From: Mobula hypostoma
Taxonomy: Eukaryota
Reading direction: 5' to 3'
Length of the DNA: 64,000 nucleotides
Assembly: GCF_963921235.1 (NCBI RefSeq)
Contig: NC_086108.1
Coordinates: 17,112,001-17,176,000 of the forward strand
Positions 1 through 13,109 of this stretch are shown here, one piece after another (the first letter of the stretch is position 1; every line of letters begins with the position of its first letter). The position numbers and the translations under genes are program-made. The notes under the pieces were generated by a model. The model was not told the DNA's origin, did no database searches, and saw nothing but the letters and a program-made list of their open reading frames with translations.

Positions 1-334
1 TGCAAAATTTAGTTTCTAAACTATATTCTCCCAGAATCTATTTTTATAATGTTTATTCTACCAGTTGATCACGTTCAAGTTCTAGTTTAATTGTTATTCA
101 ACCATACATGAATGCCCATGAATACAGCCAAATGAAACAGTGTTACTCCGGGACCACGGTGCAAAATACAGTACCAAAAGTCATACACAGCACAAGGCAC
201 ATATACGGTAGTACATACTGTATAAGATAGGAAGCACATATAAGACAACAGTAAAATAAACTCATACAACAAAAAATGGTCCAAGTCTCTGAGTCCATTA
301 ATGTTGCAGCAGTCTGCAGTCAAACACAATAGTG

Positions 335-474
335 AAATTTAAGAGACTACTAGACAGGTATATGAAGCAATTTAAGGTGGGGGTTTATATGGGAGGCAGG
401 GCTTAAGGGTCGGCACAACATTGTGGGCCATAGGGCCTGTACTGTGCTGTACTATTCTATGTTCTATGTTCTAT
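335..474 (+). mobile_element. CR1 LINE 3' fragment
   Basis: CR1 3' UTR (ggcacaacattgtgggcc...cctgtactgtgctgta) with (ttctatg)n tail. Confidence 0.75.
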
Positions 475-1540
475 CTAGTCTTCTGCCAAGCAAACACTGG
501 AGGGCAGCACCAACTCCAGCTTTTAAGCCGTTGCCACACTGCCTCAGGCACTCTGCTGGAACGCACAGACTGTGTGGCTGCAAACAGGCGACACTGCAGC
601 TTGAGGCCTAGTCCTTGCTATGACCGAGGCCATGCAGCTCCCCCGTCATTCACCTTTGCCGTTCTCCAATAAACAGTGAGTTGGATCCACAGCATTCAAC
701 ATTAACAATGTCCAACAGGGTCTCATGATCATATGAAAAGCGACTAAGATGACCACTCACTGTTGGATAACACAACTCCTTTGCACACCCACTCCAATCC
801 AGGCAGCAGCATATTCGCACCATGTCCAGCTCCTTCAGTTTCTCTGCCAACGAGCAACTCACTGATGGGGTAAACCTGCAGTACTTTAAATTCTCAAGGT
901 CCAACAAGGTCCTGTGATCATAAAAATACCTTTAAAAAAATAATAGGACATTTGGTTGGCCCCACAGAAGCTGCTGCATCTGAATATGCCACCATCTTAC
1001 CAGAAGTTTCTAGTATTTCTAGTCATGCCATCAATTTATCTATCTTGCTGTGAATGCTGCAGGCATTCAGATCAAAATCATTTCATCTGGCAATTTTGCT
1101 CCTTGTGGTTCTATTTGCAGGTGTTCTCTTACGTTTGTGTGGCCTGTCCTTTCCTGTCAAATGGTGTCTACTGTTCTCCATATTGCTTTCCTGTTCTTCC
1201 AACAAATCTTTATCTTCCCAAATTTCCCTTCATCAGAACCTGAAACCTTCCCACTAACTTCAAACTATTCAGTTTACAATGTATTTAACTCTCTGTGTCA
1301 ATCTCAAACCCCAACCCTAAATATCAAACCCCAACTCTAAATACTAAAAGTAGAATTCTAACTGTAGCCCAGTTCATGTAAAGCCTTTTCCATTGGGAAA
1401 CTCCCACTTTCCCAAGTACGGGGGGTGACAGTGGCCCATGTACTGAGACCTATTTCTCCCACATCAATCTCTATGCCATGTAACAGACACAAAATGCTGG
1501 TAGAACACAGCAGGCCAGGCAGCATCTATAGGAAGAGGTA

Positions 1541-1582
1541 CAGTTGACATTTCGGGCCGAGACCCTTCATCAGGACTAACTG
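1541..1582 (-). ncRNA. Minimal type-I hammerhead ribozyme motif in pLTR
   Basis: Minus strand reads agtc CTGATGA a gggt-ctcg-gccc GAAA tGTC aact; core boxes intact, one stem I mismatch. Confidence 0.75.
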
Positions 1583-2348
1583 AAAGAAGTGGTAGTAAGA
1601 GATTTGAAAATGTGGGGGAAGGGGGAGATCCGAAATGATAGGAGAAGACAGGAGGGGGAGGGATGAAGCTAAGAGCTGGGAAGTTGATTGGCTAAAGGGA
1701 AACAAAGCTAGAGACAGTCCTTCCAGGTGAGGCGACACTTCACCTGTGAGTCGACTGGTGTGATATACTGCGTCTGGTGCTCCTGGTGTGGCCTTCTGTA
1801 TATTGGTAAGACCCGATGCAGACTGGGAGACAGTTTCGCTGAACACCTACACTCTGTCCGCCAGAGGAAGCAGGATCTCCCAGTGACCACACATTTTAAT
1901 TCCACATCCCATTCCCATTCTGATATGTCAATCTATAGCCTCCTCTACTGTCGAGATGAAGCCACAATCAGGTTGGAGGAAACAACACCTTATATTCCGT
2001 TTGGGTAGCCTCCAACCTGATGGTATGAACATTGACTTCTCTAACTTCCGCTAATGCCCCTCTTCCCCTTCTTACCCCATCCCCTATTTTGTTTATTTAT
2101 TCATTGATTATTTCCCTCCTTTTTTCTCTCTCTCTTTCCCTCTCACAATCACTCCTTGCCTGCTCTCCATCTTCCTCTGGTGCTCCCCTCCCCCTTTCTT
2201 TCTCCCATATCTCCAGCTTTGTTTCCCTTTAGCCAATCAACTTCCCAGCTCTTGGCTCCATCCCTTCCCCTCCTGTCTTCTCCTATCATTTTGGATCTTC
2301 CCTTCCCCCTCCCCCTCCCACTTTCAATTCTCTTACTAGCTCTTCTTT

Positions 2349-2390
2349 CAGTTATTCCTGACGAAGGGTCTCGGCCCAAAACGTCGACTG
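2349..2390 (+). ncRNA. Hammerhead ribozyme motif with mutated core (G12>A)
   Basis: CTGACGA agggtctcggccc AAAA cGTC gact; GAAA changed to AAAA at 2378. Confidence 0.65.
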
Positions 2391-2619
2391 TGCTTCTTCC
2401 TATAGATGCTGCCTGGCCTGCTGTGTTCTATCAGTATTTTGTGTGTGTTGCTTGAATTTCCAGCATCTGCAGATTTCCTCGTCTATGCCATGTATTTGGC
2501 TTTTTTTTTTAACCCTCTACTAGTTTGTTGAAAACTGAGATAAAGCAGAGATGGCTGCCTTTCTGGTGTTGCTTTTTAACTTACACTCTGGTTGCTTTTA
2601 TGTTCGTAATGGAAACTTT

Positions 2620-3080
2620 GTCTTTGGTTCCTATATGGCCATAACAATTTCATAATATCTTCCTCAATGTCAACGAGACAAAGGAGATGCTTATTAACTT
2701 CAGGAGAACTTGCACCACTCAAACCACTCTTCACATCAGCAAAACATCAGTGGAATCTGTGAGAGGTTTTAAACACATGGGAGAACATATCTCACACGAC
2801 CTCCCAGAACAGATCCTATAGGGTCAAGAAAACTCATCAATGCCTCTACTTTCTGAGGAAGCTGAAGAGAGCTGGACTTGGCACATCAATACTCATGAAG
2901 TACGGATGTGCAGTTGTGAGCATCCGAACATGCTGCAACATTGTGTGGTAAGGAAACTGCACTGCAGTGGACAGAAAGTCTCTACAACAGGTAGTCAAAA
3001 CTGCCCTATGCATCATTAGCACTAGCCTACCTGCTATCAAGGACAAATATTCAGAAAGTTGCCATAAAAAGGCCAAGACC
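2620..3080 (+). mobile_element. Degenerate Rex1/Babar LINE 3' fragment
   Basis: LNVNETKEMLINFRR and LYFLRKLKR-type C-terminal RT motifs. Confidence 0.7.
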
Positions 3081-3739
3081 ACTACTCCTGCCTTACTGAT
3101 AGCCTCAGATGCCTGTCTGTATAATATCTATAGTACATAAGGGATATGTCTGCCTTCTGAAACAAAATTCCTCTCTTTCACAAACTCTCACTTTGGGTTT
3201 CTGCTGGTGCCTTGTATTAATTCAACTCAGATATGTTTATTTTAGAAGGGGAGTAACTCTTGCCTGACTTCACCAAACTCTCCCTGTTTCCAAAATGTGC
3301 AAAATTCTGCATCCACAGACTCTCAGTCTCTGTATTTGTAGAACTCTGTTCTGTGCTACTAATCATTGCACAATTTATCAAAAGGACACGATGCCAGGTC
3401 ATAAAGGATACAGTTGTGTAACTGGCCAAAAGCTGGCCTTATAAGGTACTTTTTAAAGAAACAACTTAAAATGGAAAAGCAAAGGAGACATTGAGACACA
3501 GTGAGGACACTCCAGATCATTGGCAACACTGGAAGTGATTAAAATTAGGTATGTGTACAAAACCAGAATTGGATGAACAAAAATGTTTGAAGGATTGCAG
3601 GACTAAAGGAGGTTCCAAATGTTATGGACAGCAAAGACAAAGGTTTGAAAACCAAGATGAGAATTTTTAAATTGACCTATTGTTTGACCAGGAGTAAAAT
3701 AGTTCAGGAGTGAATTAGAATGTGGGCAGGAAAAATCGA

Positions 3740-4750
3740 AGTGAAAGTGGAGTTTATCGTCATCTGCATGTGTCCATGTGTGCACAGGTGCAATGAAAAA
3801 CTTACTGCAGCATCACAAACACAGAACATCAGTTAAGTAGCATTCACAAGAAAAACATAAATTGAACACAGAAATAACACAATTAACAAAAAATATCCAT
3901 TTTAGTGCCAAGTGATTAAGTTGGTCATAAAGCTGCTAAACTCTAGTGATGAGGTTTGAGCCGGTTGGTTCAAAAACTGAATGGTTGGAGGGAAGTAGCA
4001 TTACCTGGTGGTGAGGGATTGGGGCTTCTGTATTTCCTACCCAGTGGTAGCTACAAGAAGATGGCAGGCCCAGATTGTGGGGATCTTTGATGATGGATCT
4101 TGCCTTCTTGAGGCAGCCCCTCCTATAGATACTACCACTAGTGGGCAGGATTGTGCCTATATTGGGCAAATTGCCTATGTCCCCTTGCATTCAAACTGCT
4201 GTAGCAAACTATAATACACTCAATTAGGATACTTTCAACAGTAAAGCTGTAGGAGTTTGTTAGAGTGTTTTGTAACAAGCCAAACTTCCTTAACCTCATA
4301 AGAAAGTAAACATAATGGTGTGCTTTCTTTGTGGTTACATCTATGTGCACCCAGGACAGGTCATCTGATATGTAGATACCCAGGAATTTAAAGCTGCTGA
4401 CTCCTCGACTGATCCCCTATTGTTGATTAGTGCATGTTTGTCCTCCTTCCCCTTCCTGAAATCAACAATAAGCTCTTTAGTTTTACTGAGAGGTTGTTTT
4501 GTGGTACCACTCGTTTGTTAGGAGTCCTTTCTCGTTCTGGTAAGCTAATTCATCACCATTTGTGATTCATCCAACAGTGGCAAATTTGTATCTGGCTTTC
4601 AAGCCCAACCACACAGTTGTGTGTGTATGGAGTCTAGTGTAGGTTGTTAAGCATGCAGCCTTGGGCTGTACCTGTGTTGATGGTCAGCGAGAAGAAGATG
4701 TTGTCACCATTCATCACTGATTCTGATCTGCCATTGAGGAAGTTGCAGAG
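3740..4750 (-). mobile_element. Degenerate Rex1/Babar LINE fragment
   Basis: ORF 4138-4350 HIDVTTKKAHHYVYFLMRLRKFG; ORF 3936-4190 CLKKARSIIKDPH. Confidence 0.7.
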
Positions 4751-5083
4751 CAAGATACAGGGGCAAAGCGGCAGCAGACAAGATTACAAAGAGGACACGA
4801 TCAGAAATGTATTAGAATAGTTAAATCTGGAGTTCACAGACTTATGGATGATTATTTCAGCAGCAATTAAATCAATGTATTCTTCCAAGCTGATGATGAG
4901 AATTGAAAGTCTGGAGTTAAGTGTGATACTAACGTCGTGAATGATCTGTTTCAGTTTCAAACCATTGCTATAGAGAGAAAGAAGAAAGAGAACAGAGTTA
5001 GATTTGATATGATCATGCATCAATTAGATAGGTTAAAACTATTCCCGTTGATTATCCCCACTCACAAATTCTGTTTCATACAG

Positions 5084-5174
5084 CAATCAGCAAAGTATTG
5101 CTGGTGGCTGATGTTGAGATATATCCGAGGAGGTGCTGGGACATATCATCGGTGACGTGACCTGGGATCAGAAG
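5084..5174 (+). pseudogene. Possible degenerate upstream exon of the KIAA1614-like gene
   Basis: ttctgtttcatacAG acceptor and AAG/GTATGG donor; phase-2 end joins exon 12092 (...CWDISSVT*PGIRR|EF); in-frame TGA at 5158-5160. Confidence 0.35.
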
Positions 5175-6071
5175 GTATGGCAGACCTTGCAACATTGAAA
5201 TACTGAGTGCCAAATCTGCTGATGGCTGACCAATACAATGCAACCAATGTGATGAACATTTCCTTTATTGTGACAAATGTTCAGGGGATATTTGCATGGA
5301 GTTCTGCATAAGTACATTCCAATGAGACAGGGAGAGAATGGAAGGGTACAGGAACCGTGGTGTACAAAGGCCCCGTAAATCCCGTCAACAAGAAAAGAAG
5401 ACTTAAGAAAGGTTCAAAAAACTAGGTAATGATAGAGATCTAGAAGATTATAAGGCTAGCAGGAAGGAGCTTAAGAAAGAAATTGTGAGAGCCAGAAGGG
5501 GCCATGAGAAGGCCTTGGCAGACAGGATTAAGGAAAAGCCCAAGGCATTCTACAAGTATATGAAGAGCAAGAGGATAAGAGGTGACAGAATAGGACCAAT
5601 CAAGTGTGACAGTGGAAAAGTGTGTATGGAACTGGAGGAGATAGCAGAGGTACATAATGAGTACTTTGCTTCAGTATTCAATGGGGAAAAGGATCTTGGC
5701 GATTGTAGGGATGACTTACAGTGGACCGAAAAGCTTGAGCATGTAAATATTAAGGAAGCAGATGTGCTGGAGCTTTTGGAAAGCATCAAGTTGGATAAGT
5801 CACTGGGACCAGACAAGATGTACCCCAGGCTACTGTGAGAGTTGAAGGAGGAGATTGCTGAGCCTCTGGTGATGATCTTTGCATCATCAATGGGTACGGG
5901 AGAGGTTCTGGAGGATTGGAGGGTTGCGGATGTTGTTCCATTATTCAAGTGTAACACTCAGCTATACTGGCTCGTATATGTCTAGGGGAAATCCCGCCCT
6001 GCACCAGCCTGAACGCTTCCCTCTGGGTCAGTTGCTGTACCACTGCCACCCAAATCAATCTCCAACATCAA

Positions 6072-8457
6072 CTCTTCCACCCCCACCGATGACCCCTTCT
6101 CCCGTCTTCAACCCTCCTCTTCTTCATGGACACCCCGCTCTGGTCTTCTGCCTGCTCTGGATCTCTTTATCGCTAACTGCAGACGGGACATCAACCGTCT
6201 CGACTTTACCACACCTTGTCTGCGTACTGACCTCTACCTTGCCGAGGCACAGCGACAACTCGCGGATACCTCCTCTTATTTACCCCTCGATCGTGAACCC
6301 ACCAAGGAGCACCAGGCCATTGTCTCCCACACCATCACCGACTTTATCCGCTCAGGGGATCTCCCATCCACTGCTACCAACCTTATAGTTCCCACACCCC
6401 GCACTTCCCGTTTCTACCTCCTACCCAAGATCCACAAACCTGCCTGTCCTGGCCGACCTATTGTCTCAGCTTGCTCCTGCCCTACCGAACTCATTTCTGC
6501 ATACCTCGACACTGTTTTATCACCCCTTGTTCAATCCCTTCCGACCTATGTTCGTGACACTTCTCACACTCTTAAACTTTTCGATGATTTTAAGTTCCCT
6601 GGCCCCCACCGCTTTATTTTCATCATGGATGTCCAGTCCTTATATACTTCCATCCCCCATCAGGAAGGTCTCAAAGCTCTACGCTTCTTTTTGGATTCCA
6701 GACCTAATCAGTTCCCCTCTACCACCACTGTGCTCCATCTAGCGGAATTAGTCCTTACTCTTAATAATTTCTCCTTTGGCTCCTCCCACTTCCTCCAAAC
6801 TAAAGGTGTAGCTATGGGCACCCGTATGGGTCCTAGCTATGCCTGCCTTTTTGTTGGGTTTGTGGAACAATCTAGGTTCCGTGCCTATTCTGGTATCTGT
6901 CCCCCACTTTTCCTTCGCTACATCGACGACTGCATTGGCGCTGCTTCCTGCACGCATGCAGAATTCGTTGACTTTATTAACTTTGCCTCCAACTTTCACC
7001 CTGCCCTCAAGTTTACCTGGTCCATTTCCGACACCTCCCTCCCCTTTCTAGATCTTTCTGTCTCTGTCTCTGGAGACAGCTTATCCACTGATGTCTACTA
7101 TAAGCCTACTGACTCTCACAGCTACCTGGACTATTCCTCTTCTCACCCTGTCTCTTGCAAAAACGCCATCCCCTTATAAGCCTACTGACTCTCACAGCCT
7201 TCTGGACTATTCCTCTTCTTACCCTGTCTCTTGCAAAAATGCCATCCCCTTCTCACAATTCCTCCGTCTCCGCCGCATCTGCTCTCAGGATGAGGCTTTT
7301 CATTCTAGGACGAGGGAGATGTCTTCCTTTTTTAAAGAAAGGGGCTTCCCTTCCTCCACTATCAACTCTGCTCTTAAACGCATCTCCCCCATTTCACGTA
7401 CATCTGCTCTCACTCCATCCTCCCGCCACCCCACTAGGAATAGGGTTCCCCTGGTCCTCACCTACCACCCCACCAGCCTCCGGGTCCAACATATTATTCT
7501 CCGTAACTTCCGCCACCTCCAACGGGATCCCACCACTAAGCACATCTTTCCCTCCCCCCCTCTCTGCATTCAGCAGGGATCGCTCCCTACACAACTCCCT
7601 TGTCCATTCGTCCCCCCCATCCCTCCCCACTGATCTCCCTCCTGGCACTTATCCGTGTAAGCGGAACAAGTGCTACACATGCCCTTACACTTCCTCCCTT
7701 ACCACCATTCAGGGCCCCAAACAGTCCTTCCAGGTGAGGCAACACTTCACCTGTGAGTCGACTGGGGTGATATACTGCGTCCGGTGCTCCCGATGTGGCC
7801 TTTTATATATTGGCGAGACCCGACGCAGACTGGGAGACCGCTTTGCTGAACATCTACGCTCTGTCTGCCAGAGAAAGCAGGATCTCCCAGTGGCCACACA
7901 TTTTAATTCCACATCCCATTCCCATTCTGACATGTCTATCCACGGCCTCCTCTACTGTAAAGATGAAGCCACACTCAGGTTGGAGGAACAACACCTTATA
8001 TTCCGTCTGGGTAGCCTCCAACCTGATGGCATGAACATCAACTTCTCTAACTTCCGCTAAGGCCCCACCTCCCCCTCGTACCCCATCTATTACTTATTTT
8101 TATGCACATATTCTTTCTCTCACTCTCCTTTTTCTCCCTCTGTCCCTCTGAATATAACTCTTGCCCATCCTCTGGGTCCCCCCCACCCCTCCTTGTCTTT
8201 CTTCCCGGACCTCCTGTCCCATGATCCTCTCGTATCCCCTTTTGCCTATCACCTGTCCAGCTCTTGGCTCTATCCCTTCCCCTCCTGTCTTCTCCTATCA
8301 TTTTGGATCTCCCCCTCCCCCTCCAACTTTCAAATCCCTTACTCACTCTTCCTTCAGTTAGTCCTGACGAAGGGTCTCGGCCTGAAACGTCGACTGCGCC
8401 ACTTCCTATAGATGCTGCCTGGCCTGCTGCGTTCACCAGCAACTTTGATGTGTGTTG
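6072..8457 (+). mobile_element. Penelope-like element (RT + Cys linker + GIY-YIG, Neptune-type), 5'-truncated and frameshifted
   Basis: FYLLPKIHKP..PGRPIVS, MDVQSLYTSIPH, GVAMGTRMGPSYA, RYIDD, PCKRNKCYTC, GVIYCVRCSRCGLLYIGET; 12-bp TSD ctccaacatcaa at 6060-6071 and 8458-8469. Confidence 0.97.
8355..8396 (+). ncRNA. Minimal type-I hammerhead ribozyme, intact core
   Basis: Stem I agtc(8360-63)/gact(8392-95); CTGACGA 8364-8370; short stem II; GAAA 8384-87; cGTC with predicted cleavage after 8391. Confidence 0.85.
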
Positions 8458-9234
8458 CTCCAACATCAATCAATAGCCAGCACACACAGTACGTTTTACC
8501 AAGTACACTTATTATTACTAAGATATTAATATAAGATATTACTAAATCTTTGAAATTAATATAAGTTCGATACAGAAAAGGAAGTAATGGGAAAAAAAGG
8601 CACCAGACTTATCAAAGTCCGAGTTCTTCGTGCATAACCCGTTGGAGCTCAATAAATTCCTGATGACCACCCGAATCCTGTCGACTCACGGCTCGGGACC
8701 GCCCGGAGTGATCGACCGGAGTCTTTTCGCACGTCCGCCATCCTCCCCGTCTCTCCTCTGACTCCCCGCCAAAAACCCTGGTTCCCAGTCATATGAGTCA
8801 GCATTATCACCCGAAAAAAATGATAACATGAACACCCATTGGCTAATAGCACCCTGCTGTCCATATTAACCCCAGCAAATGTCTAGCTAGAGACTTTCTC
8901 AGCATTTAACACAACAAAGAAGCCATTTTAATCCACATATGCAGCAATTTAAAAGATTAACATAACAAAGAAGCCATTTTAAATTTAGCATACAAAGAAG
9001 AGACCCCGTACACAAGAAAGGGAGTAGAGATAGCCCAGGAAATTATAGACCAGTAAGTCTTACTTCAGAGATTGGTAAATTGATGGAGAAGATCCTGAAA
9101 GGCTGGATTTATGAACTTTTGGAGAGGCAAAATATGATTAGGAATAGTCAGCATGGCTTTGTCAAAGGCAGGTTGTGCCTTACGAGCCTGATTGAAATTT
9201 TTGAGGATGTGACTAAACACATAGAGCAGTAGAT

Positions 9235-10778
9235 AGTCATAGTCATAGTCATACTTTATTGATCCCGGGGGAAATTGGTTTTTGTTACAGTTGCGCCATA
9301 AATAATTAAATAGTAATAAAACCATAAATAATTAAATAGTAATATGTAAATTAAGTCCAGGATGGGTGTCTGACCCTCCAAGGGAGGAGTTGTGAAGTTT
9401 GATGGCCACAGGCAGGATTGACTTTCTCTGACGCTCTGTGTTGCATCTCGGTGGAATGAGTCTGGCTGAATGTACTCCTGTGCCCAACCAGTACATTATA
9501 TAGTGGATGGGAGACATTGTCCAAGATGGCATGCAACTTGGACAGCATCCTCTTTTCAGACACCACCGTGAGAGAGTCCAGTTCCATCCCCACAACATCA
9601 CTGGCCTTACGAATGAGTTTGTTGATTCTGTTGGTGTCTGCTACCCTCAGCCTGCTGCCCCAGCACACAACAGCAAACATGATAGCACTGGCCACCACAG
9701 ACTCGTAGAACATCCTCAGCATCGTCTGGCAGATGTTAAAGGACCTCAGTTTCCTCAGGAAATAGAGACAGCTCTGACCCTTCTTGTAGACAGCCTCAGT
9801 GTTCTTTGACCAGTCCAGTTTATTGTCAATTCATATCCCCAGGTATTTGTAATCCTCCACCATGTCCACACTGACCCCTGGATGGAAACAGGGGTCACCG
9901 GTGCCTTAGCTTTCCTCAGGTCTACCACCAGCTCCTTAGTGTTTTTCACATTAAGCTGCAGATAATTCTGCTCACACCATGTGACAAAGTTTCCTACAGT
10001 AGCCCTGTACTCAGCCTCGTCTCCCTTGCTGATGCATCCAACTATGGCAGAGTCATCCGAAAACTTCTGAAGATGACAAGACTCTGTGCAGTAGTTGAAG
10101 TCCGAGGCGTAAATGGTGAAGAGAAAGGGAGACAAGACAGTCCCTTGTGGATCCCCAGTGCTGATGGTCACTCTGTCGGACACACAGTGTTGCAAGCACA
10201 CGTACTGTGGTCTGCCAGTCAGGTAATCAAGAATCCATGACACCAGGAAAGCATCCACCTTCATCGCTGTCAGCTTCTCCCCCAGCAGAGCAGGGCGGAT
10301 GGTGTTGAACGCACTGGAGAAGTCAAAAAACATGACCCTCACAGTGCTCGCTGGCTTGTTCAGGTGGGCGTAGACATGGTTCAGCAGGTAGACGATGGCA
10401 TCCTCAACTCCTAGTCGGGGCTGGTAGGCGAACTGGAGGGGATCTAAGTGTGGCCTAACCATAGGCCGGAGCAGCTCCAGGACAAGTCTCTCCAGGGTCT
10501 TCATGATGTGGGAGGTCAATGCCACCGATCTGTAGTCATTGAGGCTGCTGGGGCGCGGCGTCTTCGGCACAGGGACGAGGTAGGACGTCTTCCACAGTAC
10601 AGGAACCCTCCGGAACCTCAGGCTCAGGTTGAATACATGGTGAAATACTCCACATAGCTGAGGGGCTCAGGCTTTGAGCACCCTGGTACTGACACCATCT
10701 TGTCCTGCAGCCTTGCTTGGGTTGAGATGTTTCAGCTGTCTTCTCACCTGTCAGGCTGTGAAGCCCACCGTGGTGGTT
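9235..10778 (-). mobile_element. Rex1/Babar LINE, 5'-truncated, fairly young
   Basis: ORFs 9755-10570 (FFDFSSAFNTI, PQGTVLSPFLF, KFSDD) and 9351-9722; (gactat)n tail; tagat repeated at 9230-9234 and 10779-10783. Confidence 0.93.
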
Positions 10779-12091
10779 TAGATGTAGTGTATATGGATTT
10801 CAGCAAGGCATTTGACAAGGTACCCCATGCAAGGCTTATTGAGAAAGTAAGGAGGCATGGGATCCAAGGGGACATTGCTTTGTGGATCCAGAACTGGTTT
10901 GCCCACAGAAGACCAAAGGTGGTTGTAGATGGGTCATATTCTGCATGGCGGGGGGAGGGGGGAGGGGTCAGTGACTCAGGGATCTGTTCTGGGATCCCTA
11001 CTCTTTATGATTTTTATAAATGACCTGGATGAGGAAATGGGTTAGTAAATTTGCTGATGGCACAAAGACTGGGGGTGTTGTGGATAGTGTGGAGGGCCGT
11101 CAGCGGGACATTGATAGGATGCAAAACTGGGCTGAGAAGTGGCAGATGGAGTTCAACCCAGATAAGTGTGAGGTGGTTCATTTTGGCAGGTCAAATATGA
11201 TGGCAGAATTTCGTATTAATGGTAAGACTCTTGGCAGTGTTAAGAATCAGAGGGATCTTGGGGTCCGTGTCCATAGCACCACTCAAAGCTGCTGTGCAGA
11301 TTGACTCTGTGGTTAAGAAGGCATACAGCTCATTAGCCTTCACCAATCATGGGGCTGAGTTTAGGAGCCGAGAGGTAATGTTGCTGCTATATAGGACCCT
11401 GGTCAGACCCCCTTTGGAGTACTGTGCTCAGTTCTGGTCACCTCACTACAGGAAGGATGTGGAAACCATAGAAAAGGTGCAGAGGAGATTTACAAGGATA
11501 ATGCCTGGATTGGGGAGCATGCCTTATGAGAATAGGTTAAGTGAACTCGGCCTTTTTTCCTTGGAGCGATGGAGGATCAGGTGACTTGATGGAGGTGTAT
11601 AAGATGATGAGTGGCATTGATCGTGTGGATAGTTAGAGGCTTTTTCCCAGGGCTGGAATGGCTAGCTCTAGAGGTTTTAAGGTGCTTGGAAGTAGGTACA
11701 GAGGAGATGTCAGGGGTAAGTTTTTTCCGCAGAGAATGATGAGTGTGTGGAATTGGCTGCCGGCGACGGTGGTGGAGGCAGATACGATCTTTTAAGAGAC
11801 TCCTGGACAGGTATATGGAGCTCAGAAAAATAGAGGGCTATGTGTTACCCTAGGTAATTTTTAAGGTGAGGACATGTTCGGCACAGCTTTGTGGGCCGAA
11901 GGGCCTGTATTTTGCTGTAGGTTTTCTATGTTTCTATGTTTTATTTAAAGAAATAACTTTTATACCTAGTAAAACCATTCTTTATTTCCTCCAACAGGCT
12001 TACTACTGACTGTCTTGTGAGATTATGTGTGTGTTGGATTGTAGTTTCACTTTGTCAACTAATCTGTTTTTGTTCTTCATCTACCTGACAG

Positions 12092-12232
12092 AGAATTTGA
12101 ATCCTTCAACCAGCTGCCACTGAGTCCCAGGCATAAGTTGGCAAAACAGCTGCTGGAAAGAGGTCGGATGAAAGCCCGAGCTTGTTCACTCAAGGCTGTC
12201 CACAACATTCTCCCTGAAGAGAAGCATTTAGT
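12092..12232 (+). CDS. KIAA1614: Internal exon of KIAA1614-like gene
   Basis: Pyrimidine tract + CAG acceptor, GTAAGT donor, 141 bp phase 2/2; EFESFNQLPLSPRHKLAKQLLERGRMKARACSLKAVHNILP resembles the recalled KIAA1614 RHE.AK.LL.RARMKAR..PL.A.H.I.P motif; orthology vs paralogy unverified. Confidence 0.7.
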
Positions 12233-12359
12233 GTAAGTGCTGCTCTTATCTCCCCTCAGTGACCATTAATAAAACAAATCTTGCTACTGATGAATGGCCT
12301 GAAGTTTCAGAACATCTCTATAGTATTGCAACGTACAGTACGTGCTTGAAGTCAGCTGC

Positions 12360-12705
12360 ATGCTAAAGGATGTTTCCCATGGTGGAAGAGTCTAGGACAA
12401 GAGGGCGCCAGGATAGAGGGGGCGCCCTTTCAAAACAGAGATGCAGAGGGATTTCTTTAGCCAAATTGTGGTGAATATTGGAATTTGTTGCCATATGCAG
12501 CTGTGGAGGCCAGGTCGTTGGGTGTATTTAATGCAGAGATTAATATGTTCTTGATTGGACATGGTATCAAAGGTTATGGGAAGAAGGCCGGGAACTGAAG
12601 TTGAGGAGGAGATAGAAAAAAATGATCAGCCGTGATTGAATGGCAGAGCAGACTCGATGAGCCAGATGGCCTAATTCTGCTCCTATGTCTTATGGTCTTA
12701 TGGTC
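12360..12705 (+). mobile_element. CR1 3' fragment
   Basis: MFPMVEESRTRG-type C-terminus; (cttatggt)n tail. Confidence 0.8.
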
Positions 12706-13109
12706 ATACCAACCAGTGCATTCCATGCATCCATTACTCTCTGAGTAAAAAACTTACCCCTCACATCCCCCTTGAACCTATCCCCTCTCACTTTCAATGC
12801 ATGTCCTCTGTGTCTTCCCTAATGCTGTGATATATAGCAAACTGTATTATATGGATCACCATCTGGTATGATCCAGAGGCTAGGAATATGTTAACCTTAC
12901 GTCTACAGATATACTTCTTGCTCTCCCTTCATGAGGCTCCAAACCTTAGTCAGCACTGGTTGAAAGAAAAACTTTACTCTGTTTTTGTTGCCCGTTAAAG
13001 ATCTGGAGACAGGCTCTGAACCAAGAGGGAGGCTGAGGACAAAATAGTATCTATACCCAAGCTATTCGTCCCTCCTCCTGGGATTTTCAAGACATACTTG
13101 GCCTTCCTG

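Larger units (their letters stand above)
1483..2481 (+). mobile_element. 5'-truncated Penelope-like element with inverted 5' pLTR
   Basis: GIY-YIG remnant GVIYCVWCSWCGLLYIGKT (1727-2008); ~1483-1711 is the reverse complement of the 3' pLTR; 13-bp TSD tctatgccatgta at 1470-1482 and 2482-2494. Confidence 0.92.
5950..9012 (-). mobile_element. Solo LTR (~665 bp after removing the nested Penelope)
   Basis: TGTA...TACA termini; 4-bp TSD caag at 5946-5949 and 9013-9016; related to 55457-56134; minus-strand AATAAA near 8510. Confidence 0.8.
5345..11940 (+). mobile_element. CR1 LINE ORF2 and 3' end, split by nested insertions (CR1 parts ~5345-5949, 9013-9234, 10779-11940)
   Basis: DKSLGPDKMYPRLL, YMDFSKAFDKVPH, SKFADGTK, WQMEFNPDKCEVVHFG, LEYCAQFWSPH; (ttctatgt) tail. 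Confidence 0.95.

Noticed and set aside
6072..8457. Autonomous active Penelope, group II intron or retron
   Set aside because: RT motifs, GIY-YIG, pLTR and TSD identify a PLE; it is 5'-truncated and frameshifted.
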